From Elainella saxicola E1 (GTDB lineage: Bacteria; Cyanobacteriota; Cyanobacteriia; Elainellales; Elainellaceae): a stretch of DNA of 48,884 bases. This document shows, piece by piece, positions 16,847 to 25,964 of this stretch. Location of the stretch: assembly GCA_002796835.1 (NCBI GenBank), contig LUGL01000023.1, positions 24,385-73,268 on the forward strand, read 5' to 3'. The first letter of the stretch is position 1; every line of letters begins with the position of its first letter. A model generated the notes under the pieces. That model was not told the DNA's origin. It did no database searches and saw only the letters and a program-made list of their open reading frames with translations. The position numbers were made by a program, and so were the translations under genes.

Positions 16847-19006
16847 CTAGGAGAGCGGCAGGACTAAATCGATCGCCTTAATCGCGATAAATGGGGCAAT
16901 AATGCCGCCTAAACCATAAATCAAAATATTGCGTTGCAGCAGTTGATCAGCGGTAAGCGGACGGAATTGCACTCCTCGCAAAGCCAGGGGAATTAAAACT
17001 GGAATAATCAGGGCATTGTAAATGAGAGCAGAGACGATCGCAGATTGGGCACTTTTCAATTCCATAATGTTTAATGCACCAATCCCAGCCGCCGCGAAAA
17101 TGGTAGGAATAATCGCAAAGTATTTGGCAATATCATTGGCAACGGAAAATGTTGTCAATGCCCCCCGTGTGATGAGTAACTGTTTACCGATCGTCACCAG
17201 ATCGATCAATTTGGTGGGATCAGAATCCAAATCCACCATGTTAGCGGCTTCTTTGGCAGCTTGCGTTCCAGAGTTCATCGCTAAACCCACATTGGCCTGG
17301 GCCAGAGCAGGTGCGTCATTTGTGCCATCTCCGGTCATCGCAACCAGCTTACCTTGAGCCTGTTCACTCCGAATCACATCGATTTTGTCTTCGGGGGTGG
17401 CTTCCGCAATAAAATCATCGACTCCGGCTTCTTTAGCAATCACAGATGCAGTAATGCGGTTATCTCCAGTCAGCATGATGGTTTTGACACCCATGCGCCG
17501 CAGTTGGTCAAATCGTTCTCGCAGTCCGGGTTTCACAATATCCTTCAGGTAGATGACGCCGTAGATTTCGTTGCCCTGGCACACTGCAAGAGGCGTTCCA
17601 CCCATGCGAGAGACCTGCTCATAGGCTTCATCCAACGTTGTAGGAACTTGCCCTCCGCGTGACCGCACAAATCCTTTAATCGCATCCACTGCCCCCTTAC
17701 GGAACTCCTGACCATTCAGATCAGTCCCGCTCATGCGCGTTCGAGCCGAGAATTCAATGCCCTCTGCGGATTCATCTAGGTCGAATTTTGCGCCTAACTT
17801 TTGGGCTAGTTGGACGATCGATCGCCCCTCCGGAGTCTCATCAAACACGCTAGCTGCTAAACAAACATGGGCAACTTCTTGAACAGAGTGACCGTTGACC
17901 GGAATGAATTCATCTGCCAAGCGGTTACCGAGCGTAATCGTTCCAGTTTTATCCAGAACAAGGGTATTCACATCACCGCAAGCTTCTACAGCCCGTCCTG
18001 AAGTGGCAATTACGTTAAACTGAGCGACTCGATCCATGCCCGCAATGCCGATCGCACTCAATAAACCGCCGATCGTTGTGGGAATCAGAGCAACCAAAAG
18101 GGAAATGAGAATCGCAATACTGGTTCCAGCCCGTAAACTGTTGCCTGCTGCCGCTCCTACAGCGTGATCTAGAAAGCCAGCGATATAGCCAGAAATAGCA
18201 GGAGTTGTAGCGACGACAATCAGAAACACCTGGGTCAGCACGGCCAGCAGCACGGTCAGCGCAATTTCATTGGGAGTTTTGGTCCGTTCAGCCCCCTCAA
18301 CCAGCGCAATCATCCGATCGATAAAGCCCTGACCTGGATCAGCGGTAATCCGGACAATCAGTTCATCGGACAATAGGCGAGTTCCTCCGGTCACCGAACT
18401 GGCGATATCTGTACCGGTCTGCTTCAAAACGGGCGCTGATTCTCCAGTAATTGCCGATTCATCAACCGAGCCAATACCCTGAATCACTTCACCATCCGCA
18501 GGAATCATATCTCCTACAATGACTTTCACCTGATCGCCGCGCCGCAACTCGGTTGAATTGATCTCTTGAATCCTGCCATCGGGAAGGAGCTGCCGAGCCA
18601 CCATGTCAGAACGAGTCGATCGCAGGGCATCTGCCTGGGCCTTTCCCCGTCCTTCTGCAACCGCCTCAGCAAAGTTAGCAAATAAAACAGTGAAAAACAG
18701 AATACAGGTGATAATGCCGTTGAGTAACCGCTGTTTCCCAATCTCTGCCTGAACTGTGCCAAATAGGTTGGGATTCAGGGTGACTAACAGAGTGACGATC
18801 GTCCCTAGCCACACTACAAACATGACTGGATTGCGTACTGCTACACGCGGATTTAGCTTGGTAAAAGATGCTCGAATTGCTCGTTGATATAGTCCTTTAC
18901 GATCGGCTTTGGGGATATGTTTGCGATCGTCCCGCCGACCACCAGGGCTCCGACTTGCATGAGTGGATGTAGATGTAGAGATGGATGTAGAAAATCTAGT
19001 GTTCAT
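16847..19006 (-). CDS. kdpB: potassium-transporting P-type ATPase subunit B
   Basis: 719 aa. DKTGTIT phosphorylation motif, [15 protein letters not shown] hinge, and [16 protein letters not shown] collinear with the E. coli KdpB N-terminus. The N-terminus has an extra Ser/Thr-rich ~27 aa, so the start is uncertain. Confidence 0.95.
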   Translation of the reverse strand: MNTRFSTSISTSTSTHASRSPGGRRDDRKHIPKADRKGLYQRAIRASFTKLNPRVAVRNPVMFVVWLGTIVTLLVTLNPNLFGTVQAEIGKQRLLNGIITCILFFTVLFANFAEAVAEGRGKAQADALRSTRSDMVARQLLPDGRIQEINSTELRRGDQVKVIVGDMIPADGEVIQGIGSVDESAITGESAPVLKQTGTDIASSVTGGTRLLSDELIVRITADPGQGFIDRMIALVEGAERTKTPNEIALTVLLAVLTQVFLIVVATTPAISGYIAGFLDHAVGAAAGNSLRAGTSIAILISLLVALIPTTIGGLLSAIGIAGMDRVAQFNVIATSGRAVEACGDVNTLVLDKTGTITLGNRLADEFIPVNGHSVQEVAHVCLAASVFDETPEGRSIVQLAQKLGAKFDLDESAEGIEFSARTRMSGTDLNGQEFRKGAVDAIKGFVRSRGGQVPTTLDEAYEQVSRMGGTPLAVCQGNEIYGVIYLKDIVKPGLRERFDQLRRMGVKTIMLTGDNRITASVIAKEAGVDDFIAEATPEDKIDVIRSEQAQGKLVAMTGDGTNDAPALAQANVGLAMNSGTQAAKEAANMVDLDSDPTKLIDLVTIGKQLLITRGALTTFSVANDIAKYFAIIPTIFAAAGIGALNIMELKSAQSAIVSALIYNALIIPVLIPLALRGVQFRPLTADQLLQRNILIYGLGGIIAPFIAIKAIDLVLPLS

Positions 19007-19021
19007 CAGTGCTTAAAACTC

Positions 19022-20716
19022 CTACCCAATTCCTTTAACGATTTGAAATGCCTCTGCAACTGGACCTAATGCCAGTGCTGGGAAGAAAGTCAGTGCACCC
19101 AGAATCAGAATCACACCAGCCGTGATCCCGGTAAATAGCGCTGTATCGGTACGCAGTGTGCCAGCAGTGGCAGGAACGGGTTGCTTGCGAGACATACCAT
19201 CTGCCAGTAGCAGCAATGCCACGATCGGAATGTAGCGTCCTGCTAGCAAACTGAAGCTGGTACTCAAATTCCACCAGAGCGTTCCATCCCCCAGTCCTTC
19301 AAACCCAGATCCGTTGTTTGCAGCCGCAGAAGCATACTCATAAATCACCTGGGATAGTCCATGAAATCCGGGATTACTGATGCCCGCGAGCTGTTCAGGA
19401 AATGCCAGTGTGATCGCAGCCGGAATCAAAATGGCGATCGGATGCACCAACAAAATCAGAAAGCTTGCCAGCACTACTTCCCGTTTTTCAATCTTGCGTC
19501 CTAAAAATTCCGGAGTGCGCCCCACCATTAAACCTGTTACAAACACGGCCAGAATCAAATAGGTAAAGAGATAGGCGGTGCCTGTCCCCTGTCCACCAAA
19601 CACAATTTGCAGGAACAGATTCGACAACGTTACAAAGTCACCATTGGGCATAAACGAATCATGCATGCTGTTCACTGCTCCACACATACTGGCAGTTGTA
19701 AACACTGCAAATAACGCAGACTGCGCCCAGCCAAACCGGACTTCCTTCCCTTCCAAATTGGGAGCTTGACCACCCAACAAGGCATTGACTGCAGGATTGC
19801 CCTGGTACTCGCCGATCGTCGTAATCACAATAAATCCAATCAAAATTGCCAGCGGAATGCTATACACTAACCAGGCTTGCTTCAGATTATTAGCGAAAAT
19901 GCCATAGGTAACAATTAGCGATGTGGGAACAGAAAGTAGAGCAACCAGTTCGATCAAATTTGTGAAACCGTTGGGGTTCTCAAACGGATGGGCTGAGTTA
20001 ATGCCAAAGAACCCACCCCCGTTCTCGCCCAGCTCCTTGATAATTTCAAAGTGGGCGACTGGGCCGCGTGCGATCGCCTGACTGATTTCTGGATTTTCTA
20101 GCGTTGGTACGATCGCTGGACCGGCGAGCGTTTCAGGTATGCCTGCCGCAATCAAGAGAATGGCTCCAACCAGACTGATGGGCAGCAGAATTCGGGTGAT
20201 CGACTGGATCAAATCAACATAGAAGTTCCCTAAGGGTCTGCCAGTTAAACCTCGAATAAAGGCGATCGCCACCGCAATTCCTGTTCCGGCTGAGGTAAAC
20301 ATCATGAAGCCCAGCGCTGCAAACTGGCTGAAATAGCTATAGGTTGTCTCACCAGAATAATGTTGCTGGTTGGTATTAGTGACAAAAGAAATTGCCGTGT
20401 GCAAAGCCAAATCCCAGGAAGGGGCGTTGAGGCCTGTGGGACTAAAAGGTAAGCTCCCCTGAAGCATGAAAATCAGGTAGATGAATACCAGCATCGCTAG
20501 GTTGCTATACAGCACTGCCCGCGCATATTGCCAGCCCGTCATTTCCTTTGCTCGTACTCCGCTCAGAGCAAAAATGGCTTTGTCTAGAGGATTGAGCACT
20601 GAATCAAGAATGGTTCGTTGTCTCATAAATACACGCGCAATATATCGACCAAAGAACGGTGTAATTGCCACTAAAATTAGCAGCGTTAACGCAATTTGAA
20701 TCCATCCTTGTAACAT
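19022..20716 (-). CDS. kdpA: potassium-transporting ATPase subunit A
   Basis: 564-aa polytopic membrane protein with a typical KdpA N-terminus, [30 protein letters not shown]. Lies 15 bp upstream of kdpB. Confidence 0.95.
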   Translation of the reverse strand: MLQGWIQIALTLLILVAITPFFGRYIARVFMRQRTILDSVLNPLDKAIFALSGVRAKEMTGWQYARAVLYSNLAMLVFIYLIFMLQGSLPFSPTGLNAPSWDLALHTAISFVTNTNQQHYSGETTYSYFSQFAALGFMMFTSAGTGIAVAIAFIRGLTGRPLGNFYVDLIQSITRILLPISLVGAILLIAAGIPETLAGPAIVPTLENPEISQAIARGPVAHFEIIKELGENGGGFFGINSAHPFENPNGFTNLIELVALLSVPTSLIVTYGIFANNLKQAWLVYSIPLAILIGFIVITTIGEYQGNPAVNALLGGQAPNLEGKEVRFGWAQSALFAVFTTASMCGAVNSMHDSFMPNGDFVTLSNLFLQIVFGGQGTGTAYLFTYLILAVFVTGLMVGRTPEFLGRKIEKREVVLASFLILLVHPIAILIPAAITLAFPEQLAGISNPGFHGLSQVIYEYASAAANNGSGFEGLGDGTLWWNLSTSFSLLAGRYIPIVALLLLADGMSRKQPVPATAGTLRTDTALFTGITAGVILILGALTFFPALALGPVAEAFQIVKGIG

Positions 20717-20763
20717 GAGTAGTCAGCTCCGATATGGGCGAATAGGACGATCGATTGGGAACT

Positions 20764-20889
20764 AAGAATCGTGGATTTGATAAATCTGCAAATTGTACGG
20801 ACGGGTTTTGCTGTCAAATTCATTGCAGGATGCAGGTTGGTCTGCTAAACCCGCCCCTACCAAATATCGAACTTTTAACTTCCATTCCT
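20764..20889. repeat. copy 2 of the ~125-bp quasi-palindromic element, upstream of kdpA and in the divergent kdpA/histidine-kinase promoter region
   Basis: Same core as copy 1 in direct orientation. The arms are present as B' - core - A', the reverse complements of copy 1's arms, swapped (33/37 and ~32/36 identities). Confidence 0.8.
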
Positions 20890-21161
20890 AACCACGCAAT
20901 CTTTCAACTCCCTCTACTGACCGATCGTGAAACTTGAATTGAGGAATGACAAGGTATAGGGCAGCGTTTACTGCAATTTCTGGATCGCTGATATAGTTGG
21001 TTGGGAAAATGTTTAGCCGCTGTTTAGATAGGGCTATATCCGCAGATATAAATTCGTATCTAAATCGAGACCGGGCAGTATTATCAGGTAGAACAACTTG
21101 GAAAATCGCTAAACTTTTGAAAATAGAACGGGCTCAACGGCTGTCCTGTTTCAGAATCCAA

Positions 21162-22280
21162 ATGTGGCAACTCCAACATATTTTTCATTCAAAAAACCTT
21201 CATTCAAAGAACCGGCACTTAGGCATATTCTGGTTAGTGGTGGGACTTTTTGCAGTCGTTTTGTCCCTGGAGTTCCTAACGCCACCCGATTATGTGTTTG
21301 GTTATCTCTATATCGGTCCGATTTTGCTGGCAAGTGCTCACCTGAGTCGCAAAACAACGCTTCTGGCAACGCTGATTGCTTGTGTTCTCACCTTAATTAA
21401 TGTCTGGTTGCCAGGAATTGAAACGGTTGGGATGCCTACAATCGCCAGTCGGATAATTGCAACGTTAGCGCTGATCGTCACAGGGGTTTTGAGCGATCGC
21501 AACCGCTTATACCAGCAGACAGTACTACAGCAGCAAGCCAAACTGGAAGCCCAGGAGAAGTTGGCCAGTATTCGGGAAGACTTTGCTTCAGCCCTAACCC
21601 ACGACCTGAAAACACCGCTGCTGGGAGCAATTGAGACGCTAAAAGCATTTCAGCAGGGCAGTTTTGGTTCAGTGCAACTAAGTCAAGAAAGCGTTCTGGC
21701 CACAATGATGCGCAGCCACCAAACCACGCTACAAATGGTTGAAACATTGCTGGATGTCTACCGCAATGATAACGAGGGGCTACAGCTAAACCTTGCGATC
21801 GTTGATTTAGTGGAAATTGCAGAAGAGATCACGACAGCAATGACCGACTTGGCTGCGAGCCGTCGAGTTCACATTTCTCTCCATCACGGAGCCTCTGATT
21901 TTCGCCAGTTTCTCTGGGTGAAAGGGGATACGCTACAGCTTCAGCGAGTGATGGCCAATCTACTTGCCAATGCAATCAATCATTCTCCTCGGGGTGCAAG
22001 GGTTGAAGTTGCTCTGGAACCAGGATCTTCTCACCAAATTGTTAAGGTGACTGACCAGGGAGCAGGCATCAAACCTGACGAGATTCCCTATCTGTTTGAA
22101 CGGTTTTATCAGGGACAGAGCGATCGCCAAGCCAAAGGATCAGGCTTAGGACTTTACCTGTCTCGTCAGATCATTGAGGCCCATAGCGGTACAATTTGGG
22201 CGGAGAACCGACAGCCGACCGGAGCCACCTTTGCGTTTCGGCTACCAACGTTTCCCTGTCACCCTTCCTATTCTGCTTAA
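21162..22280 (+). CDS. membrane sensor histidine kinase resembling the C-terminal half of KdpD (4-TM DUF4118-like domain + HisKA + HATPase), Hik20-like
   Basis: Four TM helices (LGIFWLVVGLFAVVLSLEFL ... MPTIASRIIATLALIVTGVLS), H-box ALTHDLKTPL, N/G boxes ANLLANAINHSP and DQGAGI...GSGLGLYLSRQ. The track ORF begins at a TTG at 20997; the ATG at 21162 just before TM1 is preferred, but the start is uncertain. Confidence 0.75.
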   Translation: MWQLQHIFHSKNLHSKNRHLGIFWLVVGLFAVVLSLEFLTPPDYVFGYLYIGPILLASAHLSRKTTLLATLIACVLTLINVWLPGIETVGMPTIASRIIATLALIVTGVLSDRNRLYQQTVLQQQAKLEAQEKLASIREDFASALTHDLKTPLLGAIETLKAFQQGSFGSVQLSQESVLATMMRSHQTTLQMVETLLDVYRNDNEGLQLNLAIVDLVEIAEEITTAMTDLAASRRVHISLHHGASDFRQFLWVKGDTLQLQRVMANLLANAINHSPRGARVEVALEPGSSHQIVKVTDQGAGIKPDEIPYLFERFYQGQSDRQAKGSGLGLYLSRQIIEAHSGTIWAENRQPTGATFAFRLPTFPCHPSYSA

Positions 22281-22282
22281 GA

Positions 22283-22968
22283 TGGCATCTCCACCGCTCA
22301 AAATTCTTTTAGTTGAAGACGATGAACTGTTTCGGCTCGGCTTACGGGTGCGGCTAGAGCAAGAACCAGGACTGGAAATTGTGGCAGAGGCAGAAGATGG
22401 AGAGACAGCGATCGAAATGGTTAAGCGCCACTCGCTCAATATCGTCGTTTTAGATATTGGGCTGCCTGGTCTGGGCGGAGTCGAAGCCTGTCGGCAGATC
22501 AAGCAGTTAGCGCCACACCTGCCAATTCTGGTCCTCACGTCGCATACGCAAAAAGCATTAATTAATCGAATCATTGAGGTCGGGGCACAGGGCTATTGTG
22601 TTAAAGGTGCACCCTCCCAAACTTTGATTCTGGCGATTCGATCGGTCGCTGCCGGAGCATCCTGGTGGGATTCTGCTGCGACAACGGAAATTCGAGCGGC
22701 GTTTGAAAGCAATTCCAGTAGCCCATCGGCCAGTGATTCAGATAAAGCGGCTCCTGTGCTGACACGGCGAGAACAAGAAATCCTGGCTTTAATTGCGGAT
22801 GGCAAAACCAATCAGGAGATTGCCCAAATGTTATACATTGCACCAGGAACGGTCCGAGTTCATGTTCATACTATTTTGCAGAAGTTAGATGTGCGCGATC
22901 GAACTCAGGCTGCTGTGATCGCCATTCAAAGCAAATTGATTTCTGAGGACTTGCTCTCTCATCCGTAG
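22283..22968 (+). CDS. NarL/FixJ-family response regulator (REC + LuxR-type HTH), Rre19-like
   Basis: ATG 3 bp after the kinase stop. Receiver KILLVEDDELFR...VLDIGLPGLGG; C-terminal LTRREQEILALIADGKTNQEIAQMLYIAPGTVRVHV. The track ORF extends to 22174, but the upstream part overlaps the kinase gene. Confidence 0.85.
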
Positions 22969-23227
22969 AGCTGCACAAGATAGCAAAAGACAAGGCGAGG
23001 CAAAACACTACCCCGCCCTGACAGCTTTTATTTAATTTTGGAGGTGCTCCAAGGGATCTTGAATGCATTGATCTGCTGACTCTTGCCCATCTGTTGACCT
23101 GAAAATGCGCGACCTGGCTAAGCATCTTGAAACCTCGTGATCGATCGATTTCAAGGGATGTTTCGGAGTGCTGCGGAGAACACGACCCCGAATTGATTAG
23201 CAGGTGTTGCTTTTTCAGCTCAAAAGA

Positions 23228-23539
23228 TTAACGGCCAGAAGCCACTAAATTTTCTGCATCATCTTCTGAGAACCGTAGACTGGGAAACAGAAAATGATTT
23301 TCTTCTACATATTGAGCGCCGAAGAGGCCCTTTTCTGCCCAGAAGTATCGATCTGTGGTATGCTCGTTGCGCTTGACCAACAGTAAGGCCGGTGGGGCAA
23401 TGCCCTCAGCCTGAATGAACTTCCGAGCCGCTGTAACAGGCTTGTCTTCTCCGCTCTCAATGCTATATTGGGGCACCAACTCTAGAATTCGCCGTCCTTC
23501 AAGGCGACGACGACTCTTACGCTTGCGTCTTCTTGCCAA
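23228..23539 (-). CDS. hypothetical small protein with a highly basic N-terminus (MARRRKRKSRRRLEGRR)
   Basis: 103-aa ORF, TTG start preceded by GGAGG at -9. No family recognised. Confidence 0.45.
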   Translation of the reverse strand: MARRRKRKSRRRLEGRRILELVPQYSIESGEDKPVTAARKFIQAEGIAPPALLLVKRNEHTTDRYFWAEKGLFGAQYVEENHFLFPSLRFSEDDAENLVASGR

Positions 23540-23994
23540 CCTCTCAACCTCCTCTCTCTTGATTGCTCCTTGACGAAAGACTGTAACCGTCGTTAATGTA
23601 ACTCTAGTTACAAAATACTAAGACCGTGCAAAGTATATCGGCTTGAAACTAAAATTTCAACTTCCTTTAAACTATTGATACAAAATCTAAAATAAATCTG
23701 TAGCTACTCTTAGTTTTCCGGATGAGTCGATTAGCAACTGACAGAAAAACTCGATCGCTCGATCGCCCATTATCATTGGTCTGAATGCTCTTTTGAGCTA
23801 AAAATCAGGAGTATTTCCCCACAGGTCAATCGCTCGATCGCTCAATTACAATTTCTAATAAATGCAAAATGAAGTAACAAATATTGGATTGCGATCGGGA
23901 TTGCTGATCGAATCCCCCATTGGCACGATTGATTTGATTGGGGCACTAAATTTAAGTTTTTCAGTGAGTTGTTCAGTTCTTCAGTAGCGCGATC

Positions 23995-25422
23995 ATGCCT
24001 ACCAGCACCGAATTTGTTGGCCTCTGCCAATCACAAGTGGCGCTCTTAACACAAGGGTTGGGGGCTGCGCTCAGCATTGTCTATTTAACAGAAGAGTTAA
24101 CCCCGGCTCCTGACACTCAGTTTGTACCGGTGGTAGCCCATCCTGAAGCCGCCATGCATTGGGGAGAAGAGGAGATTCTGTCATTTCTAACCCAGATTGG
24201 CTTGAATTCTCGCCCCCGCCTGTTATCCAACTTTGCAACCCCTGATGATTCTGTTCTAGATAGGCTGCCAACCGCTGCCGAAGAACCGATCACGCTTTCT
24301 GCCCAGTCTTCCGCCCTGCGCCCCGTTGAAATCCTGCTGCCCAAACAGCAAATCATTTTGCCGTTAATCTATCAAGAACAGATGATGGGGCTGTTGGTGA
24401 CGGCTCGTGCCGATCGCGCCTGGAGTGAGGCCGAACAGCGTCAGATCGAACAAATTGCCCAAACCCTGACAGCAGGTTGCATTTTAGATTGGCGAGCCCA
24501 GTGGCTGGCCCAGGATTTGCAGCAGCAGCAGTTGCTAGAAGAGCGGCGCAACGATCTATTTGATGATTTGCTACACCAGTTTCGCAATCCGCTCACGGCT
24601 CTCCGGACTTTTGGCAAACTCTTAGTGAAACGCTTACGTCCGGGCGACAGCAATCACTCTGTTGCTGAAAGTATTGTGAGAGAAAGCGATCGACTGCAAG
24701 AGCTATTGAAACAATTAGATGTGGCGATCGATCTAGAAGTGGAAGATTTAGTGCCGCTGTTTTCCTCCGATCGAATTTCAGCAGCCCCGACTGTCGCCCA
24801 TGACAGAGAGCCGTCCGATCCTTTGCCGCTTCCCCATGCCGAAACCCGTTTGCTGTTGGGGAGTGCGATCGATTTACAGCCCCATGCCGTTATTGAGGTT
24901 TTGCAGCCGCTATTGGATTCTGCTTTGGCGATCGCCCAGGATCGACAGCTAACCCTGGTTACTGAAATTCCAGCCCAGTTGCCTCCTGTGTTGATCGACC
25001 TGCGCGCCTTACGGGAAGTGCTCAGCAATCTGCTCGATAATGCGCTGAAATATACGCCCGCAGAGGGCAAGGTTTATGTTGGGATTCAGCGATCGACTGC
25101 GACAGGCCATGCCACGTCTCAACAGAGCATCATCATTGGAGACACAGGTCCTGGCATCCCGGTTGAAGATTTACAGCATTTATTTGAGCGGCATTATCGA
25201 GGCGTGCAGGCAGCTACGGGAATTCCTGGCACTGGTTTAGGATTGGCGATCGCGCGTGATTTGGTGCAACAAATGCAGGGAGAAATTCAGCTTTTTAGTC
25301 CTGCCAGCCGCAGCGGTTTGCTGCCTGCGAGCTGGTCGGATGGTAACTCTGGAACAAAAAATGCTGGTGCAAAAAATTCTGGTGGAACGGTTGCGGTAGT
25401 GCGGTTGGTTGAAGCACCTTAA
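23995..25422 (+). CDS. cytoplasmic sensor histidine kinase with an N-terminal GAF-like domain
   Basis: 475 aa. H-box FRNPLTAL, N box LSNLLDNALKYTP, G boxes DTGPGIP / GTGLGLAIARDL. No TM segments. Confidence 0.8.
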   Translation: MPTSTEFVGLCQSQVALLTQGLGAALSIVYLTEELTPAPDTQFVPVVAHPEAAMHWGEEEILSFLTQIGLNSRPRLLSNFATPDDSVLDRLPTAAEEPITLSAQSSALRPVEILLPKQQIILPLIYQEQMMGLLVTARADRAWSEAEQRQIEQIAQTLTAGCILDWRAQWLAQDLQQQQLLEERRNDLFDDLLHQFRNPLTALRTFGKLLVKRLRPGDSNHSVAESIVRESDRLQELLKQLDVAIDLEVEDLVPLFSSDRISAAPTVAHDREPSDPLPLPHAETRLLLGSAIDLQPHAVIEVLQPLLDSALAIAQDRQLTLVTEIPAQLPPVLIDLRALREVLSNLLDNALKYTPAEGKVYVGIQRSTATGHATSQQSIIIGDTGPGIPVEDLQHLFERHYRGVQAATGIPGTGLGLAIARDLVQQMQGEIQLFSPASRSGLLPASWSDGNSGTKNAGAKNSGGTVAVVRLVEAP

Positions 25423-25437
25423 CTGCCGTTGGATCCA

Positions 25438-25485
25438 CAAAAAAATCCCTCGCTTTGATGCTGGCAAGGGACTTTGGTTTGGACT
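25438..25485. terminator. bidirectional Rho-independent terminator between the convergent kinase gene and the small minus-strand ORF
   Basis: AAAAAAATCCCTcgctttgatgctggcAAGGGActTTGGTTTGG: stem TCCCT/AGGGA with an A-run before and a T-rich run after, so it reads as a hairpin plus U-tract on both strands. Confidence 0.45.
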
Positions 25486-25553
25486 ATGGTTTTCTATGCA
25501 ATCACGATCACGAATCGATAAATGCCTGTCAGCGAAACTTAAATCAATCGCAC

Positions 25554-25808
25554 CTATCGATAACAGAGTTGCGGAGACACAGTAGATGCCGCTGGCAGAT
25601 GGCAGGCATAAGCTGAAGTATGGGAAACGATTTGCAGCTCATGGGGATAACGAGGCATTGGATCATCTGCCAACCAGACTGGGGGAACCATCATGGGATC
25701 GTAACTTTCAATGATGTGGAGAACACCGGGGTTTGATTTGAGTTCAACGGTGAATCCGGGTTGATATTCCCAAGCTTCTTCCCAGTCCTGATCGATATAA
25801 GAATCCAT
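25554..25808 (-). CDS. hypothetical small acidic protein
   Basis: 84-aa ORF (MDSYIDQDWEEAWEYQPGF...) followed by the terminator above. No family recognised. Confidence 0.4.
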   Translation of the reverse strand: MDSYIDQDWEEAWEYQPGFTVELKSNPGVLHIIESYDPMMVPPVWLADDPMPRYPHELQIVSHTSAYACHLPAASTVSPQLCYR

Positions 25809-25964
25809 AGCCCTAGCAAACTGTATCTATTGCTACGAATTATAAGAGGGATGAGAAATTGAAATCAAGCTTTCGTAGCTTTTGATACAATTTTTCATTT
25901 TTGATGAGAGTTTGGTTTCAAAACATGAAGAAGCTTTCTGACCAATCGCTCACCGATCGAAATG

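Noticed and set aside
20997-21161. N-terminal extension of the Hik20-like kinase (track ORF starts at a TTG at 20997)
   Set aside because: The extension is Arg-rich, overlaps the shared divergent promoter region, and the domain proper begins at the TM1 segment right after the ATG at 21162. It is kept only as an alternative start.
22174-22282. Upstream extension of the response-regulator ORF
   Set aside because: It overlaps the 3' end of the kinase gene in another frame. The ATG at 22283 gives a canonical receiver-domain N-terminus.
22969-23060. Weak hairpin GGCGAGG...CCCCGCCC plus T-rich run after the response-regulator gene
   Set aside because: The stem has a mismatch and the T-run is interrupted, so it is too weak to call confidently.
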